The notes under the pieces are model-generated. The model had not been told where the DNA came from, made no database searches, and was given only the letters and a program-made list of their open reading frames with translations. A DNA stretch of 64,000 nt, from the NCBI GenBank assembly GCA_951406725.2, contig OX597820.1:122698001-122762000 (forward strand), given 5' to 3'. The position numbers and the translations under genes are program-made. Shown here in pieces: positions 27,888-42,080 of the stretch. How positions within the stretch are numbered: the first letter of the stretch is position 1; each line of letters begins with the position of its first letter. Source of the DNA: Octopus vulgaris. Its lineage: Eukaryota.

Positions 27888-27965
27888 CAATAATAATAAC
27901 AATAATCATCATCATCATCATAATAATAATAATAATAATAATTATTATTATTATTATTATTATAG
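27785..27965. repeat. (ATG/AAT/ATC)n microsatellite
   Basis: Directly visible. Confidence 0.95.
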
Positions 27966-28117
27966 TAATTATGTCCATCCAGGCTGCATATTGTCCGGGG
28001 AAGCAGAGTCAGTTTAAACTGAGCCCAGTACTTGACTACTATCATTCTGTATTGATCTTGTAAGATGAATGACAAACTCTTTGCCTCATTTTTACTTCTT
28101 TTTAAGGCTTGATATTT

Positions 28118-28388
28118 GTGTCATCTCTTGTGAAAGGTAGGAGAGTCCAGTTTGCTGGACATTGTTGTAGAGCTGAAAACGAGGCAATTTCTACTCTTCT
28201 CCTCTGGAAGCCATCTGCTCGCGATACCAGAGGGCGCACACTCTCCTACCCTGATGTAATCTCCAGGGAGACAGGCATCCAGCAACAGGACCTCCGTAAT
28301 GCTCTGATGGACCGTGAAGTCTGGCGTAGCATGGTAAATTCCATTCTCTCGACCACGGTCGAACAATGATGATGATGATGATGATGAT
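28118..28388 (+). mobile_element. RTE-like LINE 3' end with (TGA)n tail
   Basis: RRVQFAGHCCR...GRTLSYPDVI...MDREVWR; near-identical to 52334-52590. Confidence 0.85.
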
Positions 28389-28490
28389 ATTTATTTCGAT
28401 TGACCAGGATTTTGATGATCACTAAAATATGAGGACAAGTCACAGAAACAAATTCATAGCTGCATACACACGAACCCATACATACATACA

Positions 28491-28524
<34 letters not shown>

Positions 28525-28539
28525 CGTAGTACATACACA

Positions 28540-29590
28540 CACAAACAAGGCGGCAGCGGTTTAGCATTAATCCAGGCTACCTTTGAATGTCGTATCATAT
28601 CCCTTCGGCAACATCTTTTAACCACCAAATGCCGAAATGCATCCCTCGACTAAGTTTGCATACATGAGGCTGATAACATCGTAAGACTTGGAAGGCAGCT
28701 CTTTGAGCAGCATTCCTTGCCTGGGTAACCTTAAATACATGCTCAAAGGAATCGCAAGACTCTACTGCAACGTATCATCTGATCAAAGGATGAATGAATA
28801 TAAGCAGAAGACCTTATATGGTTGTGATAATAGAAACCGCCAAGATGAGAGTAACATTCTTCATCAAAGTAGTCTATTATGGACCAATAGTCGGATTCTA
28901 ACCTCCCACTTTGAAGGGTGTGCCTTTGCAATCCAGGAACAGGAAATATCAATCACATATCTGATGCACAAAAGGGACAGAGATGCAAGAAAAGCAGTAA
29001 AATGTGACAGCCCTTGCAGGCTCTGTAGAGATAACCCCGAAGATATCACCCACATCATAAGCAGTGACATCAAAATGTCATCACGGTGTTATCAACTGTT
29101 GAAACATATTGTTGTAGCCAGGACAATGTATTATGATATCCGTCGGAAGGATAACCCTGAGGACAAACAAAAAAATGATAATAAGAACCCACAATATGGT
29201 TGAAATCATAGCCACTCATGATAAAAAGATGTGCTAGTGGAATGACCCAGTGAAAACCTCAATAAAATGTTAACGCAATAGACTTGATATAATGATTCGA
29301 GATAGAGAAGAAAAATGTGTACAGTTGTGGAAATCAGCTGCTCAGCGGATCTTAACATAAAACTGAAGATCAGTGCACTATTGAGAAATCTGTAGTTACT
29401 CTATCCAGATTACAAGTTTAAGTTTATACCTGTAATTATTGGGGCATTGAGTTATGTAACACACTGCCTAAATACCAATCTTGAGAAATTAGCTTTCTCA
29501 AAATCAGAAGGGAGAAAGCTGATTCAAAGACTACAGATTCAAATCATCACTGGAGCTGTAAACCTTTCCAGCAGTTTATCTTTTAAGTAG
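28540..29590 (+). pseudogene. RLE-type non-LTR retrotransposon 3' half (zinc knuckle + PD-(D/E)xK-like endonuclease), decayed
   Basis: GGSGL, FAIQEQEI, CRLCRDNPEDITHIISS, RNRLDIMI, VVEISC, FIPVIIGAL; homologous to 36790-37870 on the minus strand. Confidence 0.85.
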
Positions 29591-29649
29591 ATATGAGAAT
29601 GTCTAGATATGCAACTATATGCATGAAAATACATAAAACAAAATATATT

Positions 29650-31070
29650 ATACATACATGCATGGATTTATATATATCAAATGGTTTGGAAGTGGTGTTT
29701 TAAATCATTCACACATACCTAAGTTTATGCACGTAGAAATAGTGAGGCTTATTATCTCTCTCAAACAGTGTATAACGAGAAAAGAAAAAGGCAAAAAGGA
29801 GAAACATCCCTCTACCAGCTCTGCTTATAAAGTGATAAGCCATTAGAACATTCTAAAGAATTCTGCTACTTTCCATTTGACTCTATTGGACAGATTGCAT
29901 GCCAGCAATTTTCATTGGACAGATTTAGATGCTAGCTACCTCCACAACACCTTCCCACCGGAACTGACGCTACACTGAAAGCATCAATAATAAAGTCTCT
30001 CTCTAGGTTCGGGTGTTTTCTTGGATCGTCTACGGTTGTCCGGTCCATACACTGGTAAAGGGAGTTTGGTCTTGGGCAGAAGTGCTCTAGTCTGTCTCTG
30101 AGTTTGAGGCACTTCTAGGGTCTGCACTGGATGATCAACTGGATGCTCAGAAATATATTTCATCTCATCTCCAGCTTCACAGTCATCCACAGAAGCGTAG
30201 CTGACGTAGCTGTTCCCAGTGTCGTCTCCATACTGGGCCATGAGGAAAGACCTTGACATTGAAGAAGCAAGTACTCAATAACTTCGTGACGACTGCTGCT
30301 ACCCACTGGGGTTACTTGTTACGGCGATGTCCATAGTACAGTGCATATACAGGATAATCATTCTTGTACTGTTTGGTTACTTTGGCGACACCTCCTGAGT
30401 CAGTTGTCATCTCCGCCTTTGATGACACCTTGGATTTGTTTGTCCTGAGCTGTGTGTTCTGGAGGGGGCAGCAGAGAGCCACTCCTAGTCCGAATCTGCC
30501 GGGACATCAAGAGTTCGCCTGGAGAGAGTCCATAGGATGTCAGCGTTCTCTGGTACTGCATTAAAAACTCCTGAAGAGCTTGTTTTAGGGGCAGAGAAGA
30601 TTTTCTCAGAGCTTGCTTGAATAATTGCACTAAACGTTCTGCTGATCCGTTAAAAGTTGGATAGTATGGTGCACCTGTTAGGTGTGTGGTCCCATGTTCT
30701 TTGCCCCAGCTCTGAACTTCTTCAGAAAAGAAAGTTGATGCATTATCTGTGACCAGCGTGTGAAGATATCGGAAATTAGTGATAACCTCATCCAGCAGAT
30801 CTAGTGGACATGATGACGTTGAATGAATTGATGGATATCGTGAGGAAGTGTCTGTGATCACTAGCCAGTTTGTACCCATGAAGTTGATGGCAAGAGCCAT
30901 GTGTAAGCGGCTCCATCGTTTCTCTGATAGCATGCATGGGTGAACCACAGGCTTGGATGGCTTGTTTTGATGTTCGCCACATGAGTCACATCGTCGAATA
31001 GCCATCTCAATAGCTGCATCAATACATGACCAATTCTTGCCAACTACTTCATAAATTCCATACTTCACAG
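29650..31070 (-). mobile_element. Gypsy LTR retrotransposon remnant: integrase plus putative polypurine tract and 3' LTR
   Basis: ORF 30400-31068: CDSC, WSRLH, LVITD, LVTDNASTF, APYYPTFNGSAERLVQLFK, SPGELLMSRQIRT; purine tract GGTGGGAAGG then TGTTG at about 29949; LTR extent uncertain. Confidence 0.8.
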
Positions 31071-32319
31071 GTCGACTCAGGGACCGAAGAAATATAACCT
31101 CACATAGAGAATCTAACTTTGGTACAAGCAGTGGGGCGAGGGGTAACTGGAGTCACAATAAATGATACGTTGAATAGTTGCAAGCAAAAATCAAACGCAA
31201 AAAATAACTTTACAGGAGAACCGGAAGAGGGCGGAAAACCCCTCATATTTAGCAAAAATAACAATATTATGAAACATATACGACAGGATAGACTAGCGGA
31301 AGGGATCTGACCCACTTGTTTCATATATACACATGTGTGTGTGTGTATGTGTGTATTCATACATACACATACACGTATATCAGTTAAAAGAGAATTCGAT
31401 GAGGCTGGTGATGGTTTTCGTCGGCAAAGACGTATATGTTCTGTGAGAGAGACGTAAGAAAATGGAAGAGAGTAGAAGAGTCGACAGGAATGGCGCATCC
31501 AACGTTCCAGCTTGAGGCGTTTAACTACCATATTTATATATTTCGTGCTCTGAGTTTTTTCGACCTGCTACCAAAATCACCCCTGGCCACGTGCATTCAC
31601 ACTGCCTGTTTTGAGTACGAGAAAGTGAGAAAGGATCACTTAGGTTATTCCCATGAAAATACAGATACTTCGTCCCCATGGTGACCGTAGGTGTTTCCGG
31701 TAGCAGTTCTTCGTATAGACTTTTAATGATGTGCAAACGTCTCCTCGGTCGCAGCATTTATTTTCTAAAGCTATTTAGTTGATTTTATTGCGTGCTGGAT
31801 TACTATTAGTCAATGTGATGCGTCGTTATTGTGTGAGATGTATGTTGGTATATGGTGCCTACTAGCTCTTTATTGTTTGTGTTTACGGCCGAGTAGCTAA
31901 TTTAATTTTTGTTTGAGTTGGGGTGCATGATCTGTCTGCTATATGTATGAATTAGGTTATGTTTGTAATGGTAATGTCCTTGAGAGTGGTCGAGGTGGTG
32001 ATGCTGTTGACAGTTCTGGCGTAGATGTTGTTAGGGATAGTGTTACTTATTTGTTTTTATCCATTAGTTGTTTTCGTTTCTTTTTCTTTTCTTTGCATAG
32101 ATAACTTTTTGCGATTCAAGATCCTTACCGTCCCCGTCAACACAAGACATGTCTGAGTGGTTCTAAACGAGGAGTGGCATGTCTTGGGTGCGGAGGCGTT
32201 ATGATTGTATTTTGTTTATTGTTTTTGGTGGGGGGCAATGGTCACTTGCGGCTGTTGTTGGTGATGAAGTGCCTCTTTCGATAAGTGTTTCATCTGTACT
32301 TTACGTTGCCTTTATCCTT

Positions 32320-32555
32320 GGAGCTTGGCGATCTGCCAGACACGTTAGCGCGCCGGGCGGAATGCTTAGCGGTATTTCGTCTGTCGTTACGTTCTGAGTT
32401 CAAATTCCGCTGAGGTCGACTTTGCCTTTCATCCTTTCGGGGTCGATAAATAAAAGTACCAGTTTCGCACTGGGGTCGATGTAATCGACTTAATCCCTTT
32501 GTCTATCCTTGTTTGTCCTCTCTATGTTTAGCCCCTTGTGGGCAATAAAGAAATA
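32320..32555 (+). mobile_element. SINE family B
   Basis: Homology to 4531-4764. Confidence 0.88.
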
Positions 32556-33073
32556 TATACTCACTGTTGCTGCTATGGCATACTGCGGATGGTTGTTTGT
32601 GCTGTTATTGCTGATATTGTTGGTGATGTTGAATTTGTGATGCTGGCAATAGTGTTTGAGGCTACTTTCAGCTGTCAATCTCTGTTGTTGTTGTTGTTGT
32701 TGTTTGCAGAAGGCTGAGAGGTAATCAGTGTTTCCAGAATTGTAACATCGAGATCTACTTTTCACTACCGCCCCCTATTGCTACCCTCCTGGGATCGCCA
32801 CCAGGCCGGCGATTTTCTCTCAAATTTTACCTGAATCAACTTCTCGAACCCTGTCCCAACATAACTTTTTTCCGCATCTTTATATTCCTGGCAGTGTACA
32901 AATCTCTTCCAAAACCACACACTTTATCACCCGCCAGAAATCTAGTTCCAATGGTATTTTTGCTGATTTTTACTCGGATAATTTTCCGTCGCAAGTATAT
33001 AGGCATAATGCAATCTTCAGCTCTTCGTGGGGACAGTTGAGTGCTTCTGGGTTAGGGTTTCCGAATAGAAAAT

Positions 33074-33499
33074 GGATCTTTTCGGTTTGAACGGCATTTT
33101 TTTCTAGCGGTGTCATATGAAATTGTCACCCATAATTATGACCATAGTATCGATCTATTGCATTTCAATCTCTTTTAGGGTTAGGGTTAGTTAGGGTTAG
33201 GGGTGGGGGAAAGGGTATCTTTTTTTTCTTCACAGATGTAAATAAACCCAATCTGTTTCTTAAACGAGGGACATATTCATATGGCACAGAATGTTGTTTA
33301 CCTCAATACACGTCATTGATTGGTTGCAATTGCAGAAATTGAAGAAAAAACAACAAATATCTTACAAACCATAGAATTTTCTCAATAAAGCCAAGAGAAA
33401 AAGATGTTTTATAAACACATTCTACCAGTATACGAAGTTTAAAATTTTTTAGTTACCTAGAAATTCTGTTAAAAACTGCCGTTCAAACCGAAAAGATCC
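33074..33499 (+). mobile_element. TTAGGG-bearing MITE (copy 3), 8-bp TSD
   Basis: TSD TAGAAAAT 33066-73 and 33500-07. Confidence 0.95.
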
Positions 33500-33896
33500 T
33501 AGAAAATAACTTGGATGTGACTAAAATTACGAGCATATCTCACAAAATGGATGTGTTGCTATATATTCTTTAAACATAATTCAACTTTGTCTGAAGTTAT
33601 ACCCTCTAATTTGTGTCTTTCCGTTGACAAGTTTACAGAATTGTCTTCTTTCTGTTCCGTCCAAAAGATGCTGGCGCATAATAAGTGAACATAAATCTTC
33701 TCTGTTCAAGTCTCTCAATAAATTCCTTCATCTATTTTCAGTTCTCAGGCTTACAGACCAGTGCGATGATTTAGAACACATTTGTGATCTCGGCACAAGA
33801 AAACTTTTTCTTTATGGCTTCACCGCTGCGGCCGTTGCTGTTAATATCCCTCGTTATCGCCACCATTATTTATTCTTATTGGCACGGTAGTGGTAG

Positions 33897-34171
33897 TGGA
33901 GGCACATGGCTTAGCGGTTAGAGCAGCGGAATCGCGGTAGAGGGATCGCCGGTTCGAATCTCAGACCGGACGATCTGTGTGTTTGTGAGCGAAACACCTA
34001 AGGTCCACGTGGCTCCGGCAGAAGGTAATGGCGAAACGTCTGCTGATTCTTTCGCCTAAACTTTCTCTCACTCTTTCCTCCTGCATCTTGCAGCTCACCT
34101 GCGACGGACCGGAGTCCCGTCCAGGTGGGGAACCTATACGCCAAGAAACCGGGAAACCGGCCCTTATGAGC
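33897..34171 (+). mobile_element. SINE family D, 3' end lost at MITE junction
   Basis: Homology to 58771-59066. Confidence 0.88.
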
Positions 34172-34567
34172 CGGTTTGAACGGCAGTTTTTAACCAGGTA
34201 AATAAAAAATTTAAACTTCGTATACTTGTAGAATGTGATTATAAAACATCTTTTTCTCTTGGCTTTATTGAGAAAATTCTATTGTTTGTAAGATATTTGT
34301 TGTTTTTTTTCTTCAATTTCTGCAATTTCAACCAATCACTGACGTCTATTGAGGTAAAAAAATTCTGTGCCGTATGAATAGGTCCCTCGTTTAAGAAACA
34401 GATTAGGTTTATTTACATTTATGAAAAAAAAATGATACCCTTAACCCTAACTCACCCTAACCCTAAAACAGATTGAAATGCAATAGATCGATATTAGGGT
34501 CATAATTATTGGTGACAATTTCATATGACATCGCTAGAAAAAACTGCCGTTCAAACCGAAAATATCC
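34172..34567 (-). mobile_element. TTAGGG-bearing MITE (copy 4, inverted, one TIR truncated)
   Basis: Reverse complement of the other copies; CCCTAA repeats at about 34443-34466. Confidence 0.9.
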
Positions 34568-34692
34568 GAAAAACGAACTCAGAACGTGGAAGGCGGACGG
34601 AATGCCTCCAAGTATTTTACCCGGTTTACTAACGCTTCCGCCAACTCGCCGAATTAAACGGGAATAATGATATTAACAATCATTAGCATGGT

Positions 34693-34751
<59 letters not shown>

Positions 34752-34825
34752 GCTACTACTACTATCAAGCCTAATTCAAACTAAAAGTGAAGGAATATTC
34801 CTCTTGGAATAGTGTCACACTTATA

Positions 34826-34917
34826 TGCCCTGAAGAGATTGTACTAATAATGCATGAATTGCTGCATATAAATTTGCAACAATATGCAGTTAGTGTGATC
34901 GAAACACGTGTCGGACA
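34826..34917 (+). ncRNA. Type-I hammerhead ribozyme with extended stem II
   Basis: TGCC CTGAAGA GAT...ATC GAAA CACGTG TC GGACA; unit lies between (CTA)n and (GATA)n tracts. Confidence 0.75.
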
Positions 34918-34989
34918 ATTATTATGAAAAACTAACTGGAAATAAACATAAAGTTTGAATGTTCAAATTGTTCATTCGCTTTATTATGA

Positions 34990-35070
34990 AGAGATAGATA
35001 GATAGGTAGGTAGGTAGATAGATGGAGAGAGAGATAGAGAGATAGATAATTAGATGGAGAGAGAAATAGG

Positions 35071-35131
<61 letters not shown>

Positions 35132-35164
35132 GGACGGATAGATGGATGGATGGATGGATAGATG

Positions 35165-35218
<54 letters not shown>

Positions 35219-35259
35219 GATAAATAGATAGATAGATAGAGATAGATAGATATATAGAG

Positions 35260-35294
<35 letters not shown>

Positions 35295-35398
35295 GATAAA
35301 TAGATAGATAGAGATAAATAGATAGATAGATAGAGATAGATAGATAGATAGATAGAGAGAGAGATAGGTAGATAGGTAGATAGATAGATAGATAGATA
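34990..35398. repeat. (GATA)n microsatellite
   Basis: Directly visible. Confidence 0.95.
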
Positions 35399-36230
35399 TG
35401 CTTTCTCACCGTATTTTTTAAACCTAGAAATTGAGTACAAATGTACTCATTTAAAATGGATCAATTTACTAATCAGTAAATAAGTAAATAATCAAGTAAG
35501 ATGACCTAACAATTTTCAATCTAGGGGACGACTTCGGAAATAGTTATCACATTTTATAAAGCTTCCGGTAAAAAATTTCTGGCAATATAAATAACAAAAG
35601 AAGTGAATATTGCCGAACAGGGGAAAGAGGATTGGGGGAATTCTGCTCGAGTGGTGTTCATGCGAGAAAATGTAGAAGGTACCGGCCAAAAAGTCATAAA
35701 AGAAAAAGAAAATTGAAAACCATATTCAAAACATTAACAGAAAACCGGAAGTAGGGAAATAGGAATCATTAAGCACAATTAAACTGGATTCAATTGAATT
35801 AAAGTTAATCAAATTATTTAAGAGGATTAATCAAAATCTTGCAGAGAGAAGCGGATTCGCCTGGTAAACAATCTTTCTCTCTCTCGAGTTATTTCTTTTC
35901 ATAACGAATGGGTTTTATTTTGAAAGAACAACTTGAACAAACAATTTTTTATATTTCTTTCATTCGTTTCATCTTAATAATTGCTTCGCGTTAAAAATAA
36001 AAAATGAAAAATTATGGTTTCTTTATTTCATTTTGTCTGGAAAGAATCAATGTCAGAACTTGAAAAATTGAATAGAAAAATGCCAAAAAAGAAAAAAAAA
36101 ACAGAAGCAAACATAAATAAATATTGACTGTAGGTAATTGAACAATAATTTGAAATATGTTAAAGATACATATTAAATAACCATTGATACAAGAAGTGAG
36201 AATAATAATACTAATGATGATGATGATGAG

Positions 36231-36680
36231 TTCAAATTTTGGCAGGAAGCCAACAATTTCGGGATGGGGTTAAGTCGATTATATCGACCCCAGAACTCAA
36301 CTAGTACTTATTTTATCGACCCCCAGAAGGATGAAAGGCAAAGATAACCTCAGTGGAATTGGAACTGAGAACGTAAACTCAGGCGAAATGCCGCTAAGCA
36401 TTTTGCCCGGCGTGCTAACGATTCTGCCAGCTCACCGCCTCAGCACAAACAATATCAATAATAATGATTTTCAAATTGTAGCACAAGGCCAGAAATTTCG
36501 AAGGATGTGTAAGTCGGTCACATTGACCCCCAGTGCTCAGCTGGTACTTATTTTATCGACCTCAGCAGAATGAAAGACAAGGTCGACCTCGGCAGAAATT
36601 GAAATTAGTGTTACACTCTAATACTGACGAAATGCCGTTAAGATTTTTCCCCAGCGTGCTAATGATTCTGCTAGCTGAAT
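36231..36680 (-). mobile_element. Two tandem diverged family-B variant SINEs
   Basis: 36231-36440 and 36468-36680 each carry the core TTATTTTATCGACC...GAAAG.CAA and the TTCAAATT..GCA.AAG tail. Confidence 0.75.
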
Positions 36681-36789
36681 GATTCTGGTAGCTGGCTAAC
36701 AAGAAGATGTAAGCACAGCTGAGGAAACAATATCTCCGAAGACTAAGACTGGTGTTGCATTCAAAATTGAGTGGATTCCAGCCCCAACT

Positions 36790-39700
36790 TCCCACTGATG
36801 TGCTTACTCGCGGGTTTTAATCTTTTTTTTACAGTTCCAGTGATGAATTGGATCTGTCGTCTTCGAATCAGCTTTCTCCTTTTTGGTTTTGGGAAACCTA
36901 ATTTCTCAAGATTGGTACTTAGGCAATGTGTATCATATCACAGTACCTCAATAATTACAGGAATAAACCTGAGCTAGTGATTTGGGTAGAGCAACTGTAA
37001 GCATAGTTCAGCATAGGTATTTTCTTTTTCGCTGAATTTTAGCCGTTAACATCCGTTGGGCAGGTGATTTCCACATTTGTACATTGTCTCTCTTCTTTAT
37101 ACCAAATCACAATCTCAGCTTCATTACGTCTACATTTCACTGAGGCTTTCACTGGGACATTCCACGAGTACTCATTCTTATAGGGAGTGGCTCTGGCTTC
37201 TACCATATTGTGGGTTCTTATTTCTTTCGTCTCAGGGCTATCCTTCCAACGGATCTCATTATACAGTATCTTAGCAACATCATGTCTAATCAGTAGATAT
37301 TACCATGATGACATTTTCAGACAACTGCTTATGATGTAGGTGATTTCTTTGGTGTTAACTTCACAAGGTCTGCATCGGTTATCACACATTATTCTGCTTT
37401 TCCTGCGTCTCAGTCCCTTTCGTGCATCAGGTATCATATTTTATTTGGTTGATATTCCTGTACCTGAATTGCAAACGCACACCCTTCAAAATAGGAGTTA
37501 GTAATCCGGTTCTTTATCCATGATAGCTTTGAGTAACATTCTTACCACCATCTCGGAGCTTTCTGCTAACATATGCATGCATGGTCTTCTGATTATATAC
37601 ACTCATTCTTTCATCTGATGATGTGTTGCGGTAGAGTCGTCCGACTTAGGGCATATATTCAAGGTTAACAGACAAGAACTGATGCTCAAGAAGCTGCTTT
37701 CCAAGTCTTATGATGCTATCTGTTTTGTGTGGGCAAACTTGGTCAAAGGATGCACTTCGACACTTGGTGCTTAAAAGATGTTGCCGAAGGGATATGACAT
37801 GATATTTCAAAGGCAGTCTGGATTGATGTTAAACCTCTGCCCCCTTGTTTTCGATTAGGTAGATGCAGTTTACATCATGGTTAATGTGGAATTATGTGTG
37901 CTGGTTAGTATTTTCCGGGCTTTCACATCAATGTCTAGGATCTCATCAAGCGTCCAGTCAAGTAGCGTAAATGTTGCTATGAGTACTGCTACTGCAAACA
38001 CATTGCGGACCACTGCTTTATTGAATGCAAAAAGTTCCGAGATCTATATTTTCTTTATTTGGCTGCAATAATCTTTAGTGACACGTGTTTTGTTAAAGGT
38101 GCCAACGCAGGACATGTTTTCATCCACCCATAGGTACCTGTAACATTCCTCATCAGATATAGGGGAAAACAATCAACTCATTGATGGAGATGTTGCTAGT
38201 CTGGTTTATAGTTTACCCTCTTTTCCCAACCATGGAGCAACATTTATCCTGTCCAAACACCAACTCCATATCCTTTATAATTTCAAGTCATCCTTAAAGA
38301 AATAGTGTGTGATTTTGGTATTTCTGTTTCCTTCTGAACCAGTGAGATACCGTTAATAGTCTTATTTAGCAGGAATGGCAAAGGGCTTACAAAAAGTATA
38401 AACAGCATCACAGACAGGCTGTTCCCTTGGAATATATCTTTGCAATACTGTATTTTATCAGTGATAATACAATCACTCCTTGTGTTTAATTTCAAGATGA
38501 TGGCCCACGATGAAGTCAGGTTAGCTATGGCTTTGACTATGCTCACTAGAACTTTGGCAAGTTGAAGGGTTTCTAGCATCCATGAGTGGGGAAGAGAGTC
38601 AAAGGCTTTCTTGTAGTCTTGCCACATTGGAACTAGGTTCCTTCTATGTTCTGACATTACAGTTTTGTTTATTAACAAATGCTCGGAATATCCCCAGGCT
38701 CCCTTCTTCCCAGCTGCTTGTTCTACTCTAATGATATTATATTATTACTTTGGCAATAGTCTCAGAGAAAGCGGTTTAAAGATACTGTATATATTTTATA
38801 TATTAAGTTCTGGCATGCAATTGGCTAGTAAGTGTTTACCATGTGGGTGTTTCTGCTTTTGGGGATCAGTTTTGTCTCCGCCAGAGCTAATCAGTGTGGT
38901 ATGCTACAATTCTCAATGGGAGTTTGCTGGTTGATAAGATATGGTCGGTAGAAAGTTTGCTTCTTGTAGCATTATCCAACAATCAAGTCTCTTCTAGATG
39001 CTTTTCCATCCTGGACGTTTTTGTTTTACTGTTACAAGGCTATTACCATCAATGCTATACGCCTGGTGTAATTCAGGGACAAGAAATACTTCGAATTCCT
39101 TCCATTCACAGACCATCTCGGATAAAATCCATGTTTCCGCTCTAGATTTTCCTCCAGAAAGAATCTGTCTTCTCGCGAAGGAGCTTCTATAGCATCTACT
39201 ACTTCTCTTTTCATGTTTCTGTACACTGCTGCCTGGTTCCAGTTAAATATTTTCTTTATTGTTTTCCTTTCGGTTATTCTTATCTGATGTCGGAGATTCT
39301 CACTGACAGCTTTTAGGGTCATCAGATTTTGCAGTTGACGGTTCTCTCCAAACATCACTTCTATCTCCTTCTTCACTTTCTGCTGGTGAGACGTTTAGGG
39401 ATTTGCTTGTTTGCTATATAAGCATCATCACATTACTGGTGGGGTCCTCCGTAAATCAGCACTTTTTTTCTCCCTTCAAAAACCATGATGGCATTTTCTT
39501 CATTGTTTCGGTTTAGATCGCTTTCTTAATGTCGTTCATGTACTGCTTTGCACTAGTATGCATGGCACATGGACTGGCGTTAATCTGCCAGAATAGGAGG
39601 TTCATTACACTGCTGTAAATACACCGCTCTAATTTCATTTACAGCTTTTGATACCATGTCTGTTGGTCTTTTGCTTACTTTGGTAGAGAATACTCTCTCT
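36790..39700 (-). pseudogene. ~3-kb decayed RLE-type non-LTR retrotransposon (RT + zinc knuckle + endonuclease region)
   Basis: WQDYKKAFDSLPHSWMLETL, IFQGNSLSVMLF, IFNWNQAAVYRNMK; 3' part homologous to 28540-29590; boundaries approximate. Confidence 0.85.
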
Positions 39701-39724
39701 TCGAGCTTCAAGCTGGCAATGCAA

Positions 39725-39845
39725 CATGGACATTGCCAAAGAAATTGTCAAACGGGCAAAATGGATACTGCACAAGGATGCTACGAATGGCCCTAATTGT
39801 GAAAGTGCAGCATGATATGAGACAAAGGAATGCCATTAAGGAAAC
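39725..39845 (+). pseudogene. Short RTE-like fragment
   Basis: WTLPKKL...GYCTRMLRMAL, compatible with the region just upstream of 52259 (LMRAQNLSWKRH). Confidence 0.5.
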
Positions 39846-39943
39846 CTGCTCAATAAACCCTCAGAACGCCCGGTCTGGGTATCGAAACCGCAATCCTACG
39901 ACAGCGAGACCGCGGCCCTAATCACTGGGCCATTGCCCCCCGC

Positions 39944-40049
<106 letters not shown>

Positions 40050-40099
40050 GACGGTGGGTTAACATTGAATATTTAAGAAATACTATCGCCTTGAAAACG

Positions 40100-40770
40100 A
40101 ATCTGTAAATGCCATTTTTCGTTCATTCCCGTAATCCCAGCAATATTGTTTCGTACAAGAATTTAGAATATAGATTTATATAAACCAGATTCTGTGAATC
40201 TCAAAATGCCACTTGAAATTCCAATTATAATTTCAGTAAATATTATATACTAAAAGTGTTGCTTCTTCCAAACACTTCTTTTCGATTGTAGGTCATCTTG
40301 ATATGACCTTTCAATTAGAACCGTTATTTGATGATTTTTTTTTCGCTTAGATAGAAACGATTAATTTCAAAATTTAAATATGAGGTCTAGAACTGAGGCT
40401 ACGACTCAAGTGGTTACAGTAGACCTTTGTTTTATTAAAGGTCAATATACTTAGATGTGGGGTTCCAATCTTATATTGTATAATGGCCAGTCGAACATCT
40501 TCAATATACAAATGCAAAATATTTTTGTTCTTTAACGGAGGAAAAAAGTTTATTAGTTCTTATGAAAATATCAATGTAGCATCTATAAAAAAAACATGGC
40601 TGTATATCTTACCTATATACACGCTATACATTAGCATATCTGGGGTTTGAAAATATCTCTTTCAAATTTAAAATGCATTGAGAAAGAAAAGTAGACTTCA
40701 CCATTAGCATATATCAAGTCCAGTCTTTAATCGAGAGATGTCGGTGTTAAAGAAACTACATCTTGGGTGT
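40100..40770 (-). pseudogene. Possible heavily decayed Penelope-like RT
   Basis: Scattered DVVSL, FKFERDIF, RCYIDIFI, TKVYC motifs in the expected order. Confidence 0.35.
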
Positions 40771-40868
40771 GAACTGAACGGGAGGTGGAGAAGCAAGAGT
40801 ATACCGCTCTATCTATCTTTCTATCTGTTTTTCTGTTTGTCTATCTATCTATATATATCAATCTATTA

Positions 40869-40922
<54 letters not shown>

Positions 40923-40994
40923 ATATATATATATATCAGTCTTTCAAGCTATCTATCTATATATCTTTCAATCGGTCAACCTATCCATCCATCC

Positions 40995-41062
<68 letters not shown>

Positions 41063-41141
41063 GAGTATATGTGTATATGCATCACGTATTAGCGTGCATA
41101 TATATAAATTGATAGAATGAGATAAAAATCCAAAAGAAAAG

Positions 41142-41189
41142 GTCTTACAGCTGTTTCCCGGATATTTTATATATCCCTTCATCGGAGAC
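41142..41189 (-). ncRNA. Type-I hammerhead ribozyme, CCGANGA core variant
   Basis: Minus strand GTCT CCGATGA AG GGATAT-ATAAA-ATATCC GG GAAA CAGCTG TA AGAC. Confidence 0.7.
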
Positions 41190-41759
41190 GGTGCGAGAAA
41201 ATATTTGAGTATTAATTTTTGTAGAGAAGATACAAAATACAGAGAAGATATGAAATACAGAATGAAAATAGATGTGAGATGCTTCAGGATATTTTATTTG
41301 GAGTTTCATTATTCAAGTAGAATGGTGTCTATAAGTGGTGAAGAATTTTCTGTACCTTGTGTGTGAGTTCCAATGGTAGTTATATTTGGTCATTCCAAGC
41401 ATAGAGCCTTGTAAACAGGGAATGTGTTTGTAGTATTAGTGGATAGTTGGAGGGAGGTGAGATTTGTATGATTAGAAAAAGGAGGAGAAATCAAAAACAG
41501 AAAGAGAATGGGAGGAAGAAGAAAAAAGAAAAAAGGGAGAGAGACAAAAAAGAAATGAAGAGGGAACGAAATGAAATGAGAGGAGGGGTGTTAGCTAGTG
41601 GTCAGGATAAAGTGATAGGAGGAAGGGAGAGGTGAGAGGAGGGAGAGAAAGGAAGAGATGAGAGGGTAAGGAGTAAAAGAGTGTGAGGCATTTACAGCCT
41701 TGGATTGTATCTCATTCTGTCAATTTATGTGTGTATATATATATATATATGTCGTATAT

Positions 41760-41916
41760 ATGTATGTGTGTGTGTATGTCTGTGTTTGTCACCCTAGCAC
41801 TGCTTGACAACCGATGCTGGTGTGTTTACGTCTCCGTCACTTAGCGGTTCGGCAAAAGACACCGATAGAATAAGTACTGGGCTTACAAAGAATAAGTCCC
41901 GGGGTCGATTTGCTCG

Positions 41917-41918
<2 letters not shown>
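41760..41918 (+). mobile_element. SINE family A, 3' half fragment
   Basis: Homology to 61390-61530. Confidence 0.75.
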
Positions 41919-41951
<33 letters not shown>

Positions 41952-42080
41952 TTATTTATTTATATATATATATATCTTTTAAGTTCGTTTATGGGAAACG
42001 TGTTGAATATGCAAATAAAAGCTTCTATTCGATTATGTCGGCAATAATAATAACAATAATTAAGAACAAACAGTAAAAGG

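Noticed and set aside
35450-36200. Unique AT-rich island with ETS/FOX-like words
   Set aside because: Motifs are sparse and expected by chance; no independent support
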